NCBI GenBank assembly: GCA_964016885.1
Contig: OZ024740.1
Coordinates: forward strand, 78,616,001 to 78,680,000
Direction: 5' to 3'
Length of the DNA: 64,000 nucleotides
Source: Eledone cirrhosa
Taxonomy: Eukaryota
Positions within the stretch are counted from its first letter, which is position 1; every line of letters starts with the position of its first letter. Positions 1 to 10,844 of this stretch are shown here, piece by piece. The notes under the pieces are model-generated. The model was not told the origin of the DNA. It saw only the letters and a list, made by a program, of their open reading frames with translations, and ran no database searches. The position numbers were made by a program, and so were the translations under genes.

Positions 1-204
1 TGTCATAAATAGTTAATATATGTAAAAAAAAAACTAACCAAAAAATTAGACATAAATACATTTTGGAATCTTATTTTTTCCTGTGTATATTTATTTGCAG
101 TTTGTGTATGTGTATATTTATTTGCAGTGTGTGTGTCTGTACATATACATTGTTTTTTCAGTTTCTTTTTGATGTTGGTTGCTACTCAATAATCTTCAGT
201 TAGA

Positions 205-490
205 ATCATCATCATCATCATTTTACGTCCACCTTTTTTTTCCCTGCTTGCAAGGGTGGGACGGGAACTGATTCTGGCTTGATTTCTACAGCTGGATGCC
301 CTTCCTAACACCAACCTCATTTACAGTGAGTGCTGGGTGCTTTTTTGCCGTGGTACCTCCACAACCACTTTGCAGTGGAATGATAGGGATCCCAGTCCCT
401 ATAATCTAATTTCTACAGCTGAGTAAACTGGAGCAATGTGAAATAAAGTGTCTTGCTCAAGGAAACAACACATCACCATGTCTGAGAATA
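205..490 (-). mobile_element. tRNA-derived SINE with RTE-like 3' tail, 5'-truncated copy
   Basis: Reverse complement of the copy at 1331-1640. (ATC)n tail at 205-220 and the shared motif ggatgcccttcctaacaccaacc. Confidence 0.75.
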
Positions 491-852
491 AGCTTAGTAA
501 AGTGAACAAAAAAAAAATAATGTCCAGCTCTTGCTAGCAGGGAAAGCAGCTGATAAACGATGATGATGCTATCAATGTGAACTAATATGATGATGATGAT
601 TTTAACAATAGAATTGTGTAAAAACTTGACTTGCCTATGTTTTTATATACTGTATTACTGGTTTCAAGACAGCAAATTGGAGTTATTTAAGCATCAGATA
701 GAATGCCTTATGTATGGTATTTGTTTTTGCTCTCTGCACTCGGAGTTCAAAGCCTGTCTAGGTTAATCTTGCCTTTCATCCTTTAACGGTCAATAAAATA
801 ATGTAGTCCAGAGTGTTGGATTAGTGGAATTGTCAGTGTCATGCATATATAT

Positions 853-1222
853 GCGATGACATACGACCGTGACCTCTGGCGTCGCGCAGTAATACAGAAG
901 ACCAACCCCCCACGGGTACAAGCTGAAGCATATAGACAATATGCCCCCACACACTCTCACTGCAAAGTGGTCGAGGAGGTGCCACGGCAAAAGAGCACTC
1001 AGCCGACATTGTAAAGTGGACGTGTAGGCGCCACGGAAAAAAGCACCCAGCACTCATTGTAAATGAAGTTGGTGTTAGGAAGGGCATCCAGCTGTAGAAA
1101 TCAAGCCAGAATCAGTTCCCATATGAGCAAGGTATGGTCAGCCGACTGGACACTGCCCACAACAGGACAACCCGTCTAACCCATGCTAGTGTGGAAGAAC
1201 GGACGTAAAACGGTGATGATGA
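853..1222 (+). mobile_element. RTE LINE (subfamily B) 3' end fragment
   Basis: Matches the ORF end and 3' UTR of the element at 41240-43710. Ends in aaacggtgatgatgat. Confidence 0.8.
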
Positions 1223-1330
1223 TATATAATGACTAGATCTACAAAGCAAAATTTTAATATTATAAAATTAAATTGTTCAGAACTACAAGTGAAGTCTTTC
1301 TTTACCTTTTTTTCATATATATATATTTTC

Positions 1331-1640
1331 ATTGGCCTTGCAATCGAAAGGTTGTGAGTTCAATTCCAAGACTGGGTGATGTGTTGTTTCCTTGAGCAAG
1401 ACACTTTATTTCACATTGCTTCAGTTTACTCAGCTGTAGAAATGAGATGATAGGGACTGGGGTCCCTCTCATTCCACTGCAAAGTGGTCGTGGAGGTGCC
1501 ACGGTAAAAACACCACCCAGCACTCACTGTAAATGAGGTTGGTGTTAGGAAGGGCATCCAGCTGTAGAAATCAAGCCAGAATCTGTTCCCGTCCCACCCT
1601 TGCAAGCAGGGAAAAGCAGACGTAAAAATGATGATGATAT
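1331..1640 (+). mobile_element. tRNA-derived SINE (CORE-like middle, RTE-type tail)
   Basis: B-box-like gagttcaattcc, CORE-like ccttgagcaagacacttt...cagctgtagaaatg, 3' region shared with RTE 3' UTRs, (GAT)n tail running into (TA)n. Confidence 0.75.
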
Positions 1641-2469
1641 ATATATATATATAGTGACAATAAGAATTGCAGCTTTTTGTAAAATTTTATTTCATATTAC
1701 AATTGTTTCTATATCGATGAGCTCGGGTTTGATCATGCGATTGGATCCTGATTGTTAATCAACACTTTTTCAGATAAGAGATTTTACATGTAATGCTAAG
1801 CTATATTTGCCTTTGTCTTACTTTTGGACAACAATAGTGTGGAGAGGCAAGACTTGCATATATGAGCAACTGCTGGTCCTATGCCCCCAAAAAACTTGAC
1901 CTGCATTTTGGAGAGGAACTTTCCTGTTGCAGACCCATGGTCTCATGAGACCTACAGAGGCTTCAAATTGCTGTTTTCAACAAGTGTGCTGTAGTCATAT
2001 TTAAAAAAAAAATAATTTGATAAATGTTTAAACATCTGAGATAAGTTGTTGTTAATAAGATAATTTTTATATCTGTACAGTGCATATTTACATTATTTAT
2101 ATCTACAACATGTTTTAGTTGGTTTGATATGCGATTGTCATCAGATGGCTTTGTCTGGAATGTATGTGTGCCAGTGGCCTGGTGCAAGAGTTTCCAAACT
2201 TTTTTTTATCTCCTTTACCCTGTAGTAATTTTTTGAAAGTCATTTTATCCCCATGCTGTTTTGTTCAGTAATTTCAGTTTATGTCTCTACCATAATATAC
2301 AGCAACAAACAAGTGGAAAATAAAAAAAAAAAGCTGTTTTTAACATTATTATTTTTTGGTTAAAATAACATTAATAAGATGAAACAATAATGGACAAAGA
2401 TTGAGTAATGATGAACATTAGTTGTTATTCTCCTCTGAATTAGCCTATTACATCAGCTACATGGTTATT

Positions 2470-2720
2470 AAGGATAATTATATTGGTTTAGACATGTGAT
2501 GTATATGGACAATGATTGTTGGGTGAAGAAGTGCCAGGAACTGTCAGTGGAAGGAAGAGGTAGACCAAAAAAGACTTGGGGAGAGGTGAGAACTGACCTC
2601 AAATCATAGAGACTCACAGAGGTGATGACAAAGGATTGCGATATGTAGAGATGCTGTGCTGCAAAGAACCTCTCCAACCCATCCAAGCATGGAAAAGTGG
2701 ACGTAAAAATGATGATCATG
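2470..2720 (+). mobile_element. Degenerate RTE LINE 3' fragment (subfamily C)
   Basis: Similar to 38560-39180 (the WYGHVMRM...GRGRPKKTW region). Ends acgtaaaaatgatgat. Confidence 0.7.
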
Positions 2721-3369
2721 AAAATAGAGATTAAGTTCAAAACAATAGAAAGTATTTTAATAAACAAAATGGGTCTACTTATATTTTCTTCTCAAATTCA
2801 GCTTGATTATAATTATAATTGAAAACAATATGTACAAATCTCACTGGCCTCACTGGCCTAAATATATTCCTGGTTGGCATCCCCTAGCCTAGGGGCTAAA
2901 AACAATAAAAATAGTGTTTTCTGGTTCGTATCCAAACTGATATGATATACACATCAAGGAATAAAGCATCTTATGATTGGAGATCATACTGATCAAAATA
3001 TAGTGTAGATGTAAATATTTGGGGGTGAGAGTTCTTTATCTCTAAACATGAGGTTATTAGTAAAAAAAATTATAATCTTATATTTATTCTATTTTAGGGA
3101 TCGTTGGTTAAAACACTATCAGGCAATTTAGAATCTTGGCAAAAGAAATGGATGACATGGATTTCTTGGTTAAATGTGAATGAAAAGGTTTGTGATAAAT
3201 TTTGTTTTGCTTTAGAACAATGGCTCCCAAATTTATTTTGTTGCTGATTCCTTATACATCTAAAAATTGCAGAACCCATGCCTATACTTTAGAGATTCAA
3301 CAACATTCAAATTTTAATAAAAATTGAAATAAAAAAAATGTTTTGTATAGAAAATTTATATGTATATAT

Positions 3370-3840
3370 CCGACCTTACACACTTACACCTCTCCAAGAC
3401 AATGTCACTGGACCGAGATCTTTGGCGCTACGCAGTAATACAGAAGACCCGCCTTGCCTAAGTACAAAGCGAAACCTACAGTCAGTAGGCACCTCTTAAC
3501 CAAAAATAAACCACCATCCCACTACTCCTACACCACCCCTTTCTCTGTAAAGTTATGTTGGTACAACATCCAGTCCTAAATAAATGAGGTTGTGTAGGTG
3601 TCACGACAAAAAAACACAGTCCACGCTGTAATGTGGCCGTGTAGGTAACATAGTAAAAACCTCCCAGTTCCACACTGTAAATATGGTTGGTGTTAGGAAG
3701 GGCATCTAGCTGTAAAAAACCTGCCAGACAGTCCTATACGTACGAGCAAGACAACCAATCTTGCCTCAAGTGGGACAATTCCCGTCTAAACCCATGCTAG
3801 CGTGGAATATAGACGTTAAACGATGATGATGATGATGATA
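3370..3840 (+). mobile_element. RTE LINE (subfamily A) 3' end fragment
   Basis: Homologous to the 3' end of the full-length element at 43798-47430. (GAT)n tail. Confidence 0.8.
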
Positions 3841-4263
3841 TATATCAAGATGGATACAGTAAGAAACTGATTAGACCAGTACTCACCAGAATACTCAATA
3901 CTTGGGGTATTAGAGTATGGTTATATGAAAATGTCGGGACCCCTATGGGTGAACTCTTGCCATTTCAACAGCTAGTTTCAGACTAGCTTCAAATGGCATC
4001 CCGATTCTTTTAAATATATATATATATATATATATAAGGACCTAATAATTTTTTTTATCAAATTTTATTAAAATGTGTCTTGTGGAAGCCCAGAAATTTT
4101 CATTGAACTCTGGAGATCCTCAGAAACCACTTTGGGAAACATTCACTGCTTTAAAAAATAATAATAATGAAATTATTGTGTAAAGTGCTCAGGTGCACTA
4201 CAACTCGTCAATATAGTACATAGAATAATACACACATGTCAGGGAAGTACATGTTTGTATGTG

Positions 4264-7023
4264 TTAGCTGTAGTGTTGGCGGATCTCGGGAAGCATGGAG
4301 GCCTTAAAGGATGCAGTGTCTCGACAGCTAACAACTGATGCAGGTAGTTTGTTCCATGCTTCAGCAACTCTGAGTGTGAAAAAATGTTTCCGAAAGTCAT
4401 GGGAACTGTGCTGTTTTCTTACTTTGTGGGCATGTCCACGTGTGTTAGACACATGGAAATCGAAAAGGCACTCAGGGTTGTTGTTGGCAACATGGTTAAC
4501 AATTTTGTGGGTGTTTACCAAGTCAGTTGCCAGGCGTCGGAGCTTCAATGAATCCATGCCCAGGGAAGCAAGGCGCTCAGAGTATGGTAGATGCCTGATG
4601 GAGGGTATTCGCTTGGTTGCACGTCTCTGAACAGTTTCCAGGCGGTCAATGTCCTGAGCAAGATAGGGGTTCCAGACTGGTGATGCAAATTCTAAGTGTG
4701 GTCGCACCATAGCTGTATACAGCCTTAAATAGATATCTGGAGAGCGGCTGACAAAGGTCTTGCTGAGTGATGCTCAGACACCCTCGGCCCTCTTGACAAT
4801 TTTAGAGACGTGCCTCGTCCAACGCAAATCGCTGCTGACCGTAATGCCCAGGTCACGTTCACAGGAAGACTTCTTGATATTAGTGCTGTGGAGGGAGTAT
4901 GTGGACGCTGGGTTTTTACTCCCAAAATGCATGGTGGTGCACTTGTCCACAGCTAGCTTGAGTTGCCAGTCTGAGATCCACTGTTGCATTGTGTCCAGGT
5001 CAGACTGCAAGCAAGATCTATAGTGTTCAGGATCTGTCCTTTTTATCTCAAGGTACAGTTTGATGTCGTCTGCGTACTTTAGTACTGTGGCATTCCTTAA
5101 GTTGGCATCTATGTCATTAATATATGCCACAAACAAAAGGGGGCCAAGAACAGATCCCTGAGGTACACCAGATGACATCTCATATGGTGAGGAATGCTGT
5201 CCCAGAACCGTGACTACCTCTCTTCGACTGAGAATGAAGGACTTCAACCAGTTAAAAAGATCATCCTTCACACCCATTGCAGAGAGTTTTGCCATAAGCC
5301 TTTTGTATGGCACAGAATTGAAGGCCTTCGCAAAGTCAAGGTAAACAACATCCACCCATGAGCCGCCATCAGTGATCCGGGTGATGTCCTCAAGAAACTC
5401 TATAAGTTGATCACAGCAGCTGGAGTTGGGGATAAATCCAAATTGCGAGGGCCGGATAAGACTGTGAGAGCTCCAGAAGTTCCAAAGTGTTTCTCTGACA
5501 CAGGATTCCATCAGTTTGGCGATGCAACTAGTAAGACTGACTGGACGATAGTTCACAGGTGATGTGCGGTCACCCTTTTTGAACAGAGGAATGACACTGG
5601 CAGTTTTCCACTGTTCTGGAGTAGCACTGTTGTTCAGACAGAATTGGAAGAAGCGTGATAACTGGTGTAGAAGGAAGTACCCACCACGTTTAAGAAGCAG
5701 GTACGTAACACCATCAAGACCAGGAGAGGCATGGTTGCGTTTATTTTTTAGGTGACGTCGCAGCATTGCAGGTGTAAATTCCATGGTTGTAATAGAGTCC
5801 GGTGTCATAGGTGGTGGAGATGGTACACTCTGGTCTTCAATGGTGAAAATGCCTGCATAGCATTCAGCAATGAGCTCTGCGCATTCCTTGGGGTCGTCGC
5901 TAACCTGGCTTGTGTGGGGATTGCGAAGAGGACCAACTGGAGAGTGAGGCCTCTGCTTTGAGTGAACATACTTCCAGAACACCTTACTGTCAGGGCTGGT
6001 TGCTATGCGCTGCTCAAATTGAAGCACTGCCTTTTTTGTCACCTGTTTGAGGTGGTTGGACGATCTATTTCGCCTCTTCCTATTAATATCTGATTTGTGA
6101 AGTTTGTACTCACGTTCAGCATTGCGCCGTTCTTTTCTGGCAAGACGGACTGCTGCAGTCTCCCAAATTGCGCTTTTAGGATGTTTTTTCCGCTTACGTG
6201 GCACCGATGCTGCACATGCTGTCCATATTGAGCTCAGGATGTTCTGGAGTACAGTGTTGACATCTCCATAGTCATAGAACTCAAGCCAGTTTGGCTGTTG
6301 CAACTCGGTGCAGTAACAGTTCCAGTCTGCTTTATTCCAGTCAAAGTGAGCAGTTTGGAGATGGTTGTGGTTCTTGTTACTGCCCATGAGGGATAGATTG
6401 GCAATGATCATAGCATGATCAGAGTCACCTAAAGGTTCCTCAGCAGTAACACTAATGACCGTTTCAGGAGTAGTGGTGAAGAGTAGGTCCAAAGTGTTGT
6501 CACCTCTCGTTGGGGAGGTGACCACCTGGGACCAACTCGAGTCCAGCACCAGCTCAAGGAAGTCATTTGCACTTGGCGGCCAACGAAAGGTCTCCCAGTC
6601 AATCTCAGGGTGATTGAAGTCACCTGCAATGAAAACATAAGTGGCTGTCTTCCTGGCAGCAGCTCTGAGGATATCACAAAGTTGAGTGTCCTGACGGTAA
6701 TTTGGGGGACGGTAAACGACTCCAAGTAGCAGTGTTGACATGGTCATACGTATATCGCAGAAAAAAACTTCCTGCTGTGATTGGTTCAAATCAGCACAAG
6801 GAATTGCCGACAGATTTGACCGAACGTAGACCATTACACCACCACCACCACGATTAATACGGTCTTTACGAAACGGGTTGTAGCCAGTCATGCTGAAAAC
6901 CCCATCACAGAGTAAGGGATGTGCCCAAGTTTCCGTGACTGTAATGAAGTCCGGGTTGATACTTTTGACGTAGGAGTCAAAAAGATGAATCTTATTGCAT
7001 AGACTACGTGCATTCAAGGACAA
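4264..7023 (-). pseudogene. CR1 ORF2 (APE endonuclease + reverse transcriptase) with one in-frame stop
   Basis: APE motifs (SLNARSL, VTETW, GDFNHP, LDL, SDH) and RT motifs (YRPVSLTS, YLDFAKAF, GVPQGSVLGPLLF, YADD), followed by a CR1-type C-terminus (VRPHLEFASPVWNP). ORFs 4774-7023 and 4264-4710 are in the same frame, separated by TGA at 4774-4776. Confidence 0.9.
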
Positions 7024-7082
7024 CAGTTTGTACTTTGATTCCAGTCTATGATTATGTGCAGGGGATGGCAGGTTGTTCTAAT

Positions 7083-8450
7083 TTAGTTTCCCAGAGTTTT
7101 TTCAGTTTCTTTATTGTCAGTTGTTGTGGGTACAGTGTTTTCAGACCAGCTGGTGTCTCTTTTCCATGATTCGCCAGCCTTAACAAACTTCCATATCTGC
7201 CCATCATCTCGTAGGCTGAAGCTTTCATGTTCTGCCGAGCTGCGGTTTAGGGAAACTGCAGCACGCAACTTTGGGCGGACATCAGGTGGAAGACCAGGAC
7301 GTGTTCGGAAAGCAATCCGACTTTCACGCCTAGCTTTATCAGAGGCTACAAGGTATGAACGTGCCTCAGCCGAGTTTGAAAACGACAGTCTAATTAACCT
7401 GGGTTTCGGGCCTGGTCGGCCAAGGCGTAGAGCACCCTTTGCGGGAGCACAGCCCAGGTCTTTGGATGAACTGGCAGCAAATGCCTGAAGATCAACTATG
7501 TCTTCCGGCACACCAATGGCAATCACTTCGTGGTTTGCAGATTCAGTGGCATTCTCAATGCGTCTAGGTTCAACATGAGGTACGTGGAGATTTTTTAACA
7601 AGGCACTCCGGTAAGATCCCTCATTGTGGGGTTCTACACGAACGCTTGATTTTATTTCCGCTATTTCTTGACTTAAAGCGGAAATCATTTGCCGTATTTC
7701 CTCAAACTCCGTATTGACGGTCGGTTTTTGTTGTTGTTCTTCTCCTTCAACAGGCATGGTAGAAGACACAGTCGTCGGTTGTTGTTGAAAAGTAACGGGT
7801 GAGGAAGACATGGGTTGCTGTTGTTGATGAAGTCCTTCAACGGGGGTAGTAGCAGAAGCTACGGTCGTTGGTTTTTGCTGTTGTTCAGCAACAATGGTAG
7901 AGGAAGACACGATTCTCGGTTTTTGTTGTTGTTGTTCAGGAACAATGGTAGAAGACACGATCTTCGGTCTTTGTTGTTGTTCCGCAGCAATGGGAGAAGC
8001 AGGCATACAGTCCAGGCACTGAAAGGACCAGTTTGTTAGCTGGACCATCTCCCAGAGTCTATCCATCGTAGCAATGTGATGTTTCTTATTTTGGCCTGGG
8101 ATCTTCCGGAAGCCTGTGGCGCATTGAAGGCAGACAGAGATGCGACAGGTTCCACATTCGACCCAACGATTACGGAACGAGTTTTCGGGTTCCGTACAGA
8201 TATGGCAGGTGTGATCTTCCAGGCAATGTTCTATTTTTGGACATCGACCAGTTTTGTCGCAAATTTCATCGATGGATATCACCATGGCAATTTTGTTATT
8301 TCTACCCATCCGTAGAAAAACACAGAATGTAAACAATATAGGTTTAGCGCACTTGATTACGATAGAAATAAAATGTCTGTTTTTTTGTGTATTTTGTTTC
8401 CGTTTTCCTAAATGTTGTGTGTGTGTAGAAGAGTCTGTGCATGTAAACAA
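7083..8450 (-). CDS. CR1 ORF1 (PHD-like finger, Q-rich repeats, coiled coil, RRM-like C-terminus)
   Basis: CHIC...WVECGTC...CLQC...FQCLDC, then IAIGVPE and RLGRPGPKPRLIRLSF typical of LINE ORF1, ending GN* just upstream of ORF2. The true start may be the internal Met (MGRNNK). Confidence 0.8.
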   Translation of the reverse strand: MFTCTDSSTHTQHLGKRKQNTQKNRHFISIVIKCAKPILFTFCVFLRMGRNNKIAMVISIDEICDKTGRCPKIEHCLEDHTCHICTEPENSFRNRWVECGTCRISVCLQCATGFRKIPGQNKKHHIATMDRLWEMVQLTNWSFQCLDCMPASPIAAEQQQRPKIVSSTIVPEQQQQKPRIVSSSTIVAEQQQKPTTVASATTPVEGLHQQQQPMSSSPVTFQQQPTTVSSTMPVEGEEQQQKPTVNTEFEEIRQMISALSQEIAEIKSSVRVEPHNEGSYRSALLKNLHVPHVEPRRIENATESANHEVIAIGVPEDIVDLQAFAASSSKDLGCAPAKGALRLGRPGPKPRLIRLSFSNSAEARSYLVASDKARRESRIAFRTRPGLPPDVRPKLRAAVSLNRSSAEHESFSLRDDGQIWKFVKAGESWKRDTSWSENTVPTTTDNKETEKTLGN

Positions 8451-9907
8451 ATAAATATGCTGCGTAAGTTAAATGAAACGTACTGTAGAAGGCAGTTGTT
8501 TATTAACAGCGAAATAACGTTTTTTTTTGTTTTTTTTTCCCCTGATACTGCTTCTTTATAGTAAACTTTCAATAATATTTTTTTTTCAAATTATTAACTT
8601 TCAGCTGCTAGTATATATATATAATTAAAAGGTGTATGTGGGTTAGAAGCGAAGTCAATGTTAAGAAATATTTTACCAATGTAAATTGGTAAATTATTAT
8701 TTCACTTAACTAAACAAAAGTATAAAGACTATTAAGATTGAAGAACATTTGAATATAATCAAGATACTAGTGTGATTCTGTGACAAAAACTAATTTCAAT
8801 TTAAATCAAAAATCTAGTGTTCCATGAATATAAGAAAAACACTACCAGGAAGACACTTTCATCAGTGAAAGACAACCCTGATGAGGAGCTCTGCCTGAAA
8901 TATTAAATTTTTTTTTTTTGCTTTTTTAATTTAATTTTGAAAATAGTAAAATTGTGAAACAAAAAGGATTTTTTAAATATTTTTATATTCTGGTATAGGT
9001 CTTCCATAAAATTGTTTAAATAATAAATATTTATACATAGAATATCATATAGTAGAACATTTAAGGTAAATTTAATATAGGTATATAGCTACATATTTAA
9101 AAAAAAACTATAATCCTTGCTGTGAAATAAAAACAAGTATAAATACACTTTAAATTTTTTTTTAAGAACAGAAAAACATAAGATTACCTTTACATATTTC
9201 ACAGATTACCTTTACATTTCTTGGTAGGTGGAAACAAAAGTATAATTGTCTTCTGGTGAACAGCCAAATAGCTGTGAAACAATTCTTGGCAATCTTTTAT
9301 ATTTTCTGTGTGTGAAGAGAATAGAAAAATGTGTTTACACTTCACAGAGGACTTATAATTAAACAAAAAAATAGTTATACATACATAAAATTTATCTTAG
9401 ATTTTCTGATATATGCTGTCTTGTATATAAATGTTTATTATTCAGTTTATTACCTTGCAAACTGGATGGAGTATTTCAGTTAAGTTTTGGTTTGTGTTTG
9501 ACATAACTGTTGGCAAAAGGATAAGGTCAGTTATCTTCTGGCAAATGGCCATCTAACTGAAACAGGTGAAGGCTTTCTCATGTTTTTCTGTGTATGAAGG
9601 CAATAACAGTGTATTTACATTTGTTACTTTTTCACAGCAAGGCTTACGATAAAAAAAATATAGTTATACTCATAACATTATATAATGATTTAGCAGAAAA
9701 TGTTTATAAATTGGTTTCATTCAAATGTTTATAGTATTTTTACTAGTGGACAGATTGAGATAAGAATTTGCAGTATTAAAGGAGAACCTTAATTTTTAAT
9801 GTGATGTTGTTTCATGTGGTACTGGATGTCAATTTTTAACTTTGTTAGATCATCAAATATCTAGATAATCTATTCACCAATTCCATTCAGTAATGTTTAT
9901 ATTGTAG

Positions 9908-10046
9908 AGACAAGGATGGGTGATGGTAGACCCAAAGGATTTAGGCATATTGTCAACTGAAGTAACCCGACTTTCCAAGTCACTCCCTAAACTCTTCAAC
10001 AACAAAAAAGTAGCTAATGCAAATGCGATAAATGATTTATCAAAAG
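9908..10046 (+). CDS. Candidate host protein-coding exon (unknown gene)
   Basis: tttatattgtag acceptor and AG|gttagt donor. 139-bp open frame RQGWVMVDPKDLGILSTEVTRLSKSLPKLFNNKKVANANAINDLSK in non-repetitive sequence. Confidence 0.45.
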
Positions 10047-10644
10047 GTTAGTATTTACAAAATTATATTTCTATAATGTGAAGTTTTGAAGTTGTAATTA
10101 AATTTGTGGATTTTGAATTAACATAATCCTCATCTCATTATCAGTGTTCTGTCCATTTTTCAATGCTGACATGAGTTGGATGTATTGTACTTCTTGACAC
10201 CAACCCTCACTTGTATTTTTGAAAGTTAACTATGAACTTATGCACATCTAACCACTGAGTAGTAGGATCTCTATTTATGCAGAACATAACCAAATACCAC
10301 CACTTATGATGTCAAATGCAAAGAAAAAAGACTAATAAATACACAAATGCACATGTACACATATATACATACAAACATATATGCATTTATGTATTTACAC
10401 ATAAACATACATGCACACACAAACTCACACCAGTCTTATTTACAGTTTCTGTGTACCAAATTCACTCATAAAGCATTGGTTGACCTGGGTGTTAAGACAT
10501 TTGCCCAAGGTACCATGTAGTGAGATAGAACCCAAGACCATATGTTTGCAAAGCAAACTTCTGAACTACACAGCTATTCCTGTACCTGTAAGTTTACATA
10601 ATGTTAATTATATTTTATAATTAATATTATGTAAACTCATGCAG

Positions 10645-10830
10645 TAGATTGGCGGTATCGGTAGAGCATCAGACACCATGCTTTGCATCATAGTTATGGT
10701 CCTTTACGTTCCGAGTTCAAATCCCGCTGAGGTTAACTTTACCTTTCATCCTTACAGGGTTGATAAAATAAAGTACCAGTAATGCACTGTGGTAATAACT
10801 GGCCTTGTGCCAAAAGTAGGAACAATTATA
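10645..10830 (+). mobile_element. tRNA-derived SINE (second family)
   Basis: A-box-like tggcggtatcgg, B-box gagttcaaatcc, core ctttcatccttacagggttgataaaat. Same family as 14025-14255. Confidence 0.75.
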
Positions 10831-10844
10831 TTTTATAATTATTA

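Larger units (their letters stand above)
4152..8546 (-). mobile_element. Near full-length CR1-clade non-LTR retrotransposon
   Basis: Two ORFs on the minus strand, short 3' UTR ending in (ATT)n at ~4157-4168. Tentative TSD actgctt at 4145-4151 and 8547-8553. The 5' boundary is approximate. Confidence 0.85.

Noticed and set aside
1331-1400. tRNA genes at SINE heads (also 14025, 15245)
   Set aside because: A/B boxes are present but there is no complete cloverleaf, and the sequence continues into SINE body.
2185-4143. One hAT-like element bounded by gagtttccaaact and tttgggaaacattc
   Set aside because: Termini are degenerate with no TSD and may belong to separate relics.
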